Of a stretch of 47,265 nucleotides of DNA, positions 10,806 through 20,246 are shown in pieces. The translations under genes and the position numbers were made by a program. The first letter of the stretch is position 1; each line of letters begins with the position of its first letter. The stretch covers positions 186,001-233,265 of the forward strand of contig JAXLNO010002960.1 of NCBI GenBank assembly GCA_038087875.1, in the 5' to 3' direction. Origin of the DNA: Malacoraja senta. Taxonomy: Eukaryota. Below the pieces are notes generated by a model, which had not been told where the DNA came from, ran no database searches, and saw only the letters and a program-made list of their open reading frames with translations.

Positions 10806-11349
10806 TGTGAGAAAGGGGTTAATAGGTATAAGTTGATTTAGACAAGAACCCTTTGTATAGTAGGGAGTATAGTAGGGAGGATAGGGGGAGTGAAGGACAA
10901 GTACAGATGGTGACTTTTTCAAGGATGAGAACAGAGAAGATAAGGAGACCGTCCAGGATAGAACTAGGGTAAAGGTCAGAAGAAACACTCTGTGCGCATG
11001 GGCAATGAACTTACATGAATATGTACACACACCCACTATGACAAGATGTCTCATTTAAATGCACATGCGATGCATGATATGGGAGGTGTCTTTGACGTCG
11101 GGTGGACGTTCCAGGACGTTCTCGTGGGAATGTGGGCTTTATGTTATGATTGGAAGAAGCACAATGGGGAGGGATGAGGGTGTGACAATGATACCCATTA
11201 AATGTATAAAGATAGAAGTCATCCCGATCCTCGGTGTGCCTCTAGGGGACATCAGAGGAGAGGCACCTATTCTGCAGAATATGATTTTGAATTAAAAGCT
11301 TCTTTGCTGACTTTGTCTCTAAAAGCGTTTGTGATTTTTGAATCTCACA
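10806..11349 (+). repeat. ERV 3' LTR (544 bp)
   Basis: Direct repeat of 5215-5742, preceded by a degenerate PPT aaaagtgtggat; attaaa at 11291-11296. Confidence 0.93.
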
Positions 11350-11600
11350 ATGACCATGGCTGACGTTCCTCAGGCATCAACTCCTGTTCGGTGCCAGTTC
11401 CTCATTGCACTCAATTCTCCAATCTTTCAAAAGTTTAACTACCGCCATATTAAATACTTCCAATGATTTTGTCTTCACAAATCTCTGGCGCCAGAGAATG
11501 ACCACACTCTGCAAAAAGAGATTTTGTAAACAAATGACTGGTCTCTTTTATCTCTTATTGAAGAGGAGTGAAAATACGGCCAATTTTAAGCTTGTCCCCT
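11350..11600 (-). mobile_element. Degenerate CR1 3' end
   Basis: atgaccatggctga... and accacactctgcaaaaag match the reverse CR1 tail also seen at 39088-39400. Confidence 0.5.
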
Positions 11601-11679
11601 CCCCAATTGGCCCTCATTTTGTAACTTGTCAATTATTTATTATTGTCAATAATATGCCCTAGTGAAAAGATTTGCCGTT

Positions 11680-12040
11680 GGTATTAGTTTATTATTGTCA
11701 TGTGAACTGTGATATAGTCAAAAGTTTTTTCTGTGTGTTATCCAATCAGATCATACTACACATGTGCAATCAAGCCATCCACAAGTAGAACAGTGCAAAG
11801 AGAAAACTACTCAGAGTGCAGAATATCGGGTTACAATATCATAGCATTACAGTTACAGAGAAAGTGCAGATCAAAAAGAGTTGCAAGGATCACAATGAGA
11901 TTGGTTGGAAGATCAGGACAACATCTTATCTTACATGAGAATCATTCAGTAGTCCAATAACAGTGTGGAAGAAGCTGTTCCTGAATTTAATGGTGCATAC
12001 TTTCAAACGTTCTTGTGTACTGTCTTAACAGGGAGCATAC
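11680..12040 (-). mobile_element. Degenerate Rex1-type LINE 3' end/UTR
   Basis: ttggtattagtttattattgtcatgtg...aagaagctgttcctgaat pattern typical of a reverse LINE tail. Confidence 0.45.
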
Positions 12041-12202
12041 AATCCCTTTTAAACCACGTGTTTTGTTGATGGTGCCGAAAGAGGCAAAATGGGGCAGATG
12101 TGGACAGTAACTTGGTTGTTGTAGTAGACTGAAGAATATTTTGTGGTGGGTGACTGTGCAAGTTTTACTGAAGATGAAAATAACCATCTTACTGCCTTGT
12201 AG

Positions 12203-12469
12203 TTTCCCCTGAGGTCACTCTCGCTGCCTGCCCTGATGATCATTCAGTCCTGTACTGCACTGTGTTTGGATTTTACCCACCGGCCATCAATGTCAGCTGG
12301 TTGCAGAATGGTCAACATGTCTCTGAGACGAAATCTTCTGGGGTCATACCCAACAACGATGGAACATATCATCTAAGGTCTGTCCTTGAGTATGATCCAT
12401 ATGATGGGAAACAGTATTCCTGTCATGTCAATCACAGCAGCCTGCCCGGTGGGAAGATCATCATCTGGG
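12203..12469 (+). CDS. Ig C1-set exon, MHC class I alpha3-like (89 codons, phase 1-1)
   Basis: ccttgtag|TT...TGG G|gtaaga; VSPEVTLAACPDDHSVLYCTVFGFYPPAINVSWLQNGQHVSETKSSGVIPNNDGTYHLRSVLEYDPYDGKQYSCHVNHSSLPGGKIIIW; LxC-xx-GFYP, W, PNxDGTY, YxCxVxHxxL motifs; no stops. Confidence 0.88.
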
Positions 12470-12544
12470 GTAAGAACGTTAAATATTCTTTCATAGATAA
12501 TCATTATCTTCTGTTGTTTCCATTTTAATCATTGTGACTACATC

Positions 12545-13585
12545 TAGGTATGTTACAAAACTTACCTTCAGCGGCGCTGCAGTTCTGTCACTGCCCGTGT
12601 GCGCGACTTTGGCGCCTTTGAGAGGGGGGCGGGTTTAAAATGCAATATTTCGGCAGCCTGTTCTAAACGATCTTGAACAGGCTAAATAGTTGATGAAGAA
12701 AAATCGCTTTGACTGCCGTTTTATTAAGTTTATTAATATTAGCGCTTTATAATTTAATTGGTGGAGTAAAATTAAAATCATCTTCAAATGCCGTAAACGC
12801 AGACAACGGGGATGGATTTCACGCACGGGACAAGGCAAGGTACACCATTTATTTTTTCATATAAACTTGCTTCTTAGGATGCCTTTAATAAAAATTTCAA
12901 GTTGCGAAAATGTGATTATTTAAGTATACCAACCGGCAGTATTTTTCCTGCCGATATTGGGATTTAATTCAGTGCAACCGCAGCGTTCCAAACCAGCGCG
13001 TTCCACAAAATCCCACTCGCAAGATGATTTAAATGGCCATTAATTTACAGGAATTAAACACTAAATTCCTTCCATTTGGCCTATAAATTAATGACAATGA
13101 GATTTAAAAATAATGTTATATTGTGAATTCTTGTGTGAATGTTATTTGGACACTTAGGCTTTTTAAAAATGTTAACTTTTTCTTAAGAAATGGACAGATA
13201 TTTAGATCTAGTAATTGAATTTTGTAATTAGCTACAATTGGGTAACTAACTAATTATATGCTTTAATTTCAGGTCATCCAAGTAAGATTGTTTCATATTT
13301 GTTTTAGAATGCTTCAATCTATAATAACTGAAAATGTCATTAAGTTCTCTTAATTTTTAAGAAAGTTATGGGCTTTTGACTGTCCTTGATCACAGCTTTT
13401 GTTTTAAGTCAATGGAAAAGCAATAGGGAACAATATGCTAATTTCCGAGTATGAAAATGGCCAAACTTTGTTAACACAGAAGATATGAAAGTGGATTAGG
13501 TGTCAAATTAAACTTCTTTTTATGCTTTATCTGATGGGATAAATTGCAGACTTGATTTTTAAAATCTCAAAATTTTGTGACATTG
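12545..13585. mobile_element. Putative non-autonomous DNA transposon (~1.04 kb)
   Basis: Imperfect inverted termini atgttacaaaa (12550-12560) / ttttgtgacat (13573-13583); 7-bp direct repeat ctacatc at 12538-12544 and 13586-13592; no coding capacity. Confidence 0.6.
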
Positions 13586-13859
13586 CTACATCCCATGTAG
13601 TACATCCCACATTCCAAGATGCTTAAACTTTCTTTGTTTAGTGGTGTTGCTCTAAGTAATCACGTAATCAGTACCCACTCTCCACATGAGCAGAAGACTT
13701 TGTCAACAGAAAATATATTAAAAGTAAGTAAATAAATAACTAATATACAAGGAAGGAGTATTTGGGATTCTCAGTGGTGGAACTGATATCCATGAAAGGT
13801 ATGTTTAAATATAAAATGAATCTTTCCTCATGATGTGATTAACAGCAAGGCACTGGGGG

Positions 13860-14580
13860 AGTACATGCCCCAATCTGAATCAATAGTCTGAAGTGGAAAT
13901 GATTGAGAGCTTTGTGTTCCTTGGCATGAATATATCCAATATTCGGTCATGGACTGGCCACATAGCCAAGGAGGCACACCAACACTTCTACTTCCTCAGG
14001 AGACTGAGGATATTCATCATGTCTCTGGTGACTCCAGCAAACATCTATAGATGCGGCTAGAGAAAGCATGTTGTTGGGTTGCATCACATCTTGATTTGGG
14101 AACTGCACTGCCCAAGACTGCAAGAATATATAAAGAGTTAAAGATCATCACACAGCCCAGACTTCCCAGTATTGACCCAATCTACACCAGGTACCCTTGG
14201 AAAACGAGACTTATCCCACCTTTCTCACATTCCTCCTTCCTGCTCCCATCAGGCAATAGGTACTGAAAGTTGAAAATAAGCACTGCCAGACTCAGGAACA
14301 CCCCCTTTCCACCTGTTAACAGGCTTCGGAAGGGTCCTTCCATAATGTAGGTTTAATGCCCGATTCACCTCAACCTCATTGAACATTGAACATTGTCCAT
14401 GGAACTGATGTGTTACAATGCTGAGAACTATATTCTGTACTCTGTATCCTCCTCTTTGCTCTATCTATTGTTTTTGAGTTTTTTATTTATCTATAGTATT
14501 ATCTAATTTATTTGGATAGCATACAAAACAAACCTTTGCACTGTATCTTGAAACATCTGACATTAATAAAACTAAACCTA
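13860..14580 (+). mobile_element. Old Rex1-type LINE 3' fragment
   Basis: Decayed KEAHQHFYFLRRLR and SFLLPSGNRY; tail ctgacattaataaaactaaac. Confidence 0.65.
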
Positions 14581-15521
14581 ATGAAGTAAGTTCCCTGATG
14601 CAAGTTACAGATTCAGCAACGAAAAATATAACTGCCTGACAAACAGCGATCGTACTAGTTTGATTCCAGGTATGCTGCACTAACCTACACAAATGTTCAC
14701 TTTTGAAGATTCCCTCGAACAATGCACAAATAAGGAATCTGATGTTTCACTCTGAAGACTGTTGACATACTCCAGAACTTAATTTTCAACCTATCTATGT
14801 ATCATCAGCAATCTAGGCTACAGCGCCATCAGTCCCTTCATCTGCTCTTAATACTAACGATAAGTAGTTCACTTTCTTGCATTGATTCCCATCCTGCAGT
14901 TGCAGTTTCCCAACCTGAACACTCCTTTAAGACTCTGCTTGCTCTTAATTGTTTTTCCATTCATGCTAATTATTACCCCCAATGTCATAAGCCTTTGCAT
15001 CATTTGATTGATATCTTATGAAAATCCAGATATTGTGCGACATCTGGTGGTCAGGCCACTTATTGCTAGAACCCTCGTCAGGGGAGCTGGGACTATCACG
15101 TGACAGGGTTTTGGTGGGAGTTGGTGATGAATCAGTCGCCAGTCAACTGGTGTGCCCGATAACAACGGCAGGAACTTTGCTCAAGTCCTTACTAAACACG
15201 AGTGTGCCAAAACTGTATTTCTTTAAAAAAAAACATTGATTTGTTCACAACGCTTGGATCTCTACAATATATTGTATTTCTTTTGTTTCTCATTCCAATT
15301 TTGTTACCTATTCTGCTTTTCCATCATTTTGTTTTTGAATTTTAGGCTGTGCACACCTGCAAACTACTGCTGCTCAAATATACATTGTCTACGGGTTCCT
15401 GTTGCGTTTTCAAAGAATTCTAATCAATTTCTCAAACAAAGTTTGAAGAAGGGTCCGTAAACAAAATGTCACCTGTCCATGTGTAGGGAGAAACTGCAAA
15501 TGCTGGTTTACACCGAAGATG

Positions 15522-15669
15522 GACACAAATTGCTGGAATAACTCAGCTGGTCAGGCAGCATCTCTGGAGAAAAGGAATAGGTGATGTTTCGGGTCACGAT
15601 CCTTCTGACTGAGTCCATGTTCGCCAGATATGTTGCCTATTCCGCTGAGTTACTCCAGCATTTTGTGTC
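15522..15669. repeat. Palindromic Penelope-derived short element
   Basis: ~46-bp inverted arms gacacaaattgctggaataactcagc... / ...gctgagttactccagcattttgtgtc. Confidence 0.65.
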
Positions 15670-16079
15670 TATCATGTATATTCTTTCCACTGACTGGTTA
15701 GCATGAAACAAAAGCTTTTCACTGTACCTCAGTACTCGTGACAATAAACTAAACTAAAGCTTTTGTGTAAATCAGTATCTGCATCTCTTTCTTTCTACAA
15801 TTTTCCTGTTAATGCCCTGTTAATGCACTTTATTGTTTTGTTATTACTTAAATGTTCTGCCATTATTGAAAGGAATCCAGCATTTTTCCCAAAACAGATG
15901 TTAGTTTATATAGGGTTAAAGCTTTCTGCTTTCAATTCACCTTCTTTCATGAATTAAGTTGTGGCTGTGATGGTGCCATAGATCATAGAGTTGTACAGAA
16001 CAGATATTGCCCCTTTGCCATGTTGCAGATCTCCGTGATTCAAAACAACATATTTATTATATACCTTGAAAAGTGCCAA

Positions 16080-16190
16080 AGATAGACACAAAATGCTGGA
16101 GTAACTCAGCGGGTCAGGTAACATCTCTGGAGCAAAGGAATAGGTGGCATTTTGGGTCGAGACCCTTCTTCACCCTGAAGTCTTCAGACA
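16080..16190 (-). mobile_element. Penelope-derived short repeat
   Basis: Reverse strand reads tgaagaagggtctcgacccaaaatgccacc...cccgctgagttactccagcattttgtgtctatc. Confidence 0.6.
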
Positions 16191-16256
16191 GTGCCCATCT
16201 ATTTAGCTGCACAGCTTAACAAATGATATGTAAAATTATGCATTCTTATTTTTCAG

Positions 16257-16364
16257 AAGGAAATAGGAAGAAAGACAGGCACATAGGCCTTATTGCCGTG
16301 TGTGTGCTGATATTGCTGGCTATTGTCTTGGCAGTAATTGTTTGGTGGAGAAAAAAGAGGAGAG
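16257..16364 (+). CDS. Connecting peptide/transmembrane exon of the MHC class I-like gene (36 codons, phase 1-1)
   Basis: cttatttttcag|AA...AGA G|gtaaga; (E)GNRKKDRHIGLIAVCVLILLAIVLAVIVWWRKKRR: hydrophobic run plus basic stop-transfer; joins the C1 exon in frame (W-G|AA). Confidence 0.88.
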
Positions 16365-16620
16365 GTAAGATGGAAAAATTGTGATGCACTGTTGCTAGTA
16401 AAGGTATTGGGCTTGAAGAAATGATCGATCTCAAGTAGGATAAGGCAGCAGCTACACATGAAATGCCTCGACAGTCACCACTGTCAACTAGCCTTTGTGC
16501 TGTTGTTAAATGTTTCTGATGATCAGATATTTGAAAATTGTGAATTCAGTGTAAAAAAAAAAGTTAAACATTATGGATTCACTGCACCAAATCCTAGAGA
16601 TATCATTGAGTCATTAAAAA

Positions 16621-16930
16621 GTACAGCATGGGGGCAGTCCTTTCGGCCCACCGAGTCCATGCCAACCTCCTGTTCACCTGTTCTCATGAATTCTATCTCA
16701 TTGCACCTTCTCATCCAGTCACCCACCCACTAGGGGCAATTTAAAATGGCCAATTAAACTATAAACTGACACATCTTAGGATGTGTGAGGAAACCGGAGC
16801 CCCTGGAGGGATCCAATGCGGTTACACGGAGAACGTGCAAACTCCACATAGATGGCACTCAAGGTCAAAATTGAACCCGGGTCTGTGTCGCTGTGAGGCA
16901 GCAGCTCTACGAGTTGTGACACTGTGCTGC
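16621..16930 (-). mobile_element. HE1/V-SINE-type SINE
   Basis: Reverse-complement SINE layout (ctttcggcccaccgagtcc...gaggcagcagctctac). Confidence 0.75.
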
Positions 16931-17002
16931 TCTGTTGGGGGCTCGCACTGTTCATGATCCAAGTCAGCTATGAGGCACATTGGTTGCAGTTTATCGTTTA
17001 CT

Positions 17003-17297
17003 AGTTTTGTTTAGTTTAATTTAGAGATACAGTAACGAAACAGGCCCTTCGGCCCACCGAGTTTGCGCTGACCAGCGATCCCCGCACATTAACACTATCC
17101 TATACACGCACACCAAGCCAATTAACCTACATACCTGTACGTCTTTGGAGTGTGGGAGGAAACCTTAGATCTCGGAGAAAACCCACGCGGTCACGGGGAG
17201 AACGTACAAACTTTGTACAGACAGCATCAGTAGTCGGGATCGAACCCGGGTCTCCGGTGCTGCAAGCACTGTAAGGCAGCAACTCTACCGCTGCACA
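17003..17297 (-). mobile_element. HE1/V-SINE-type SINE
   Basis: tttagtttaatttagagatacag...aactctaccgctgcac. Confidence 0.85.
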
Positions 17298-17469
17298 CAG
17301 TAGCTGCCACCAAGGCCGCTGTTGCTGGAAAACTCCAAATTAAGTGGGAATGTGAGTAGTGGGAGAAATGGTTCAAGGTGGAAAGCCGAATGAATGAGCA
17401 ACAACATGACAGGTGGACTACAATGTGAAACAGGACAGCACAGAGCCAGAGACCTGAATTAAATACCAA

Positions 17470-17705
17470 CATCGGCTGTTGTATCTGTAGAGTTTGCATG
17501 TTGTTCCTGTGACCATGTGGGTTTCCCCAGGTGCTCTGGTTTCCTCCCACATCCCCAAAACATTGTTTGGTAGGTTAGTTGTCCCCTAGATTGTGCATGA
17601 TACAATGTGGGGAGAGCTGATGAGAATGTGGGACAAATGTAGGATTAGTGTACATGAATGGTTGGTGCAGGTCAGTGGGACAAAGGCCATGTTTGTATGC
17701 TGCAT
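17470..17705 (+). mobile_element. Degenerate SINE (headless)
   Basis: gtagagtttgcatgttgttcctgtgacc...gtgctctggtttcctcccacatccc. Confidence 0.6.
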
Positions 17706-18212
17706 ATTTCCATGACTCTTTATGATGTAGAAAGATGCTGACTATTTTTGATTTATAAGATTGGGAAAGACTGAGGGACAGTGCTAGAGTAACTCAGCAG
17801 GTCAGGCAACATCCCAGGAGACCATGGATAGGTGACAATCTGGTTCGAGACTCTTCAGGCAAATTACAATGGGTATTCCTCAGCTTAAGTCTGATAGTAG
17901 TGTACAGATGCACCTCAACCACTGACTTGCTCAACAAGTGCTTAAATTAGTTGAATTAAAGTATGTTTGGAGTAACATGCAGCAGTCCTTAAAATCTACC
18001 ATTTCCCAAATCCCAAGAGAGCTGGATGATCAGGGTTTTAGTGTAAATTCAGTCATCTATATCACTGGTTTCTTGCCTGTGATCATACTGTTGTAAGATA
18101 TATTCTGGTGATGAATTGCAGTTCACTTTCCTCCTGTGTAAAGGAGTTATTGTGTTGAATATAACAAGTGGAAGGGAAAGTCAGTGTAGGATTTAGAGTT
18201 TGTACGTAATGC

Positions 18213-18500
18213 AGCATGGTAGTGTAGCTGGTAGAACTGCTGCCTCACAACGCCAGAGACCCAGGTTCAATCTGGACCTCGGGTACTGTCTACGTGGAGT
18301 TTGCACATTCTCTTGTGACTATGTGGGCTTCCTCAGGGAGCTCCGGTTTCCTCCCATATCCCAAAGATGAGCAGGTGTGCAGGTAATCATCCTCGGTAAG
18401 TCACCCTGATAGTGTAGGGGTGGATGGGAAATCTATTATGAAAGGGTGATTGCTGGTCAGTATGGATTTGGTGGCACAAATGGCCTGTTTACACACTGTA
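18213..18500 (+). mobile_element. HE1/V-SINE-type SINE
   Basis: gcagcatggtagtgtagctggtagaactgctgcctcac...acccaggttcaatc...ggtttcctccc. Confidence 0.75.
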
Positions 18501-18506
18501 TCACTG

Positions 18507-18675
18507 TTTTCAAGAGAGAGTTAGATTTAGCTCTTAGGGCTAAGGGAGTCAAGGGATATGGGGAAAAAGCCAGATCGGAGTATTAATTTTGGATGATCAG
18601 CCATGATTGTATTTAATGGCGGTGCTGGCTCAAAGGGCCGAATAGCCTATTCCTGCACCTATTTTTTATGTTTCA
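18507..18675 (+). mobile_element. CR1 3' tail
   Basis: ggatgatcagccatg...ggcggtgctggctcaaagggccgaatagcctattcctgcacctatttt. Confidence 0.7.
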
Positions 18676-19239
18676 ATCTTTCTATTAAATAAACTAAATT
18701 GGAAGACAGAAGGTATTGAATGATGCATCTTCACGCCAGCTGTAAATGTCATAAACTGAGAATTGATTGCAAATGTTGTACAATATTATAAAATAAACTG
18801 GGTGATCAAAATGACAAGATGGATGAAGAGCAGAGTTTTCATTGAAATAACAGACGTGCTGCTTTCTCGAGCACTTGGCCTTGGTTGTCTAATATTTCCT
18901 CTTCAAAATACAATGTTCCCCGGCATTGCTGGTCTGAGACACCATTCAGCAAGAATATTTCCTGAAACGGAGGTTCTGCTTTCATGGTATCAAGATGTCT
19001 AACAGCTCCAGCACCCAGATCAGAACCAAGCCATTTCTCACCTTGCCAAAACTAAGAATGCAGCAACAATTTAGTCATTGAACATCAACGACATGCATAT
19101 TTGAACTGAGGCAATGGTTAGCTTATTATCACTGTAAACCAGTCATGGTCATGGGTCTGCCATTGTGGTCACTATTAGTGAGGGTGATTAACTATCATTT
19201 AGCAGTGAAACGGAAAAGAATTGGCTTTTCAAGCCCACG

Positions 19240-19760
19240 GAGCCATAGAGTCATACGGCATGGAAATGGGCCCATTGCCTCAACTTGGCCATGTCAACCA
19301 AGATGCCATGTTTAAACTACCCATATCTCACTGAACCTTTCCTATCTACAGTATGTACCTGTCCAAGTGTGTTCTAAAATGTTTTTTAATACCTGCCTCA
19401 ACTACTTCCCCTGGAATGTTCTTCCATATTTCCACTTCCTCTGGTTCCGAGTAACTCGTTTCCTTCTCACCTTAAACCTAAGTCCTCTGGTTCTTGATTA
19501 CATAAGGCTGGTTAAAAGATTCTGTGCATTCAATCTATCTATGCTCCTTGATTTTATAAACTTCTATAAGATCACCCTCAGCCTCTTGCGTGCCAAGGAC
19601 TAAAGTCCAAGCATTCTCTGCCTCTCCCTGAATCACAGGCCCTGTTAATGACATCCTTCCGATAGTGGAGTGACCAAAACTTAACACAATACTCCAAATG
19701 TGGCCTCACCAACATCTTGTACAACTGTAGCAGAACATCCCAACTTTTTTATTCAGTACC
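19240..19760 (-). mobile_element. Degenerate CR1 3' fragment
   Basis: catagagtcatacggcatgg...aacacaatactccaaatgtggcctcaccaac. Confidence 0.6.
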
Positions 19761-20246
19761 TTTCTTTTAAAATCTTTTTATTGTTTTTTTTCCAAAAAAC
19801 AAAAACAAAAATAAAACATAAAATACAGAGCAAAAAGAATAATGATAAACATAACAATGGTATTGATACATAGGGATCAGGATTAAACACATTAATAACA
19901 GGTATAAACTAATATGAGACCAGTGTCAATATACACATTGAATATAGACCTCTCGGTCTCTATGTTAATATAGTTAAATCTTTAAAAGGAAACATGAATG
20001 TAAAAAAAAAGCAAAGATAAAAAGACAAAAAGAAAAACAAAAAACAAAACCCCCCTAAACTAAAATTTTTTTTTTTTTAATTGGATAATAATAAAATAAG
20101 AATAAAAATAAAATAAATAAATAAAACAAAACAGAACAAAACAGAATCTGAACTGAGAATTTCAACAATTTAAGTCTGTTTGTCGTCAAGTCCATTCCAC
20201 TCTAAGAAGGTAAAATAATTTTTATAAAGGTTAAAGAGGGATCAAT

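Larger units (their letters stand above)
5215..11349 (+). mobile_element. Defective chimeric class I (gamma/epsilon-like) endogenous retrovirus
   Basis: Two TG...CA LTRs, tRNA-Pro PBS, gag/IN/env remnants in order; PR-RT-RNaseH absent. Confidence 0.9.

Noticed and set aside
17851-17890. Possible cytoplasmic-tail exon (cag|GCAAATTACAATGGGTATTCCTCAGCTTAA, ANYNGYSSA*)
   Set aside because: The acceptor lies in a Penelope-derived repeat with no polypyrimidine tract, and that reading is phase 0 while the TM exon ends in phase 1. No cytoplasmic exon could be supported.
18760-19020. Open frames on both strands in apparently unique sequence
   Set aside because: No recognisable motifs or paired splice sites; length is within chance expectation.
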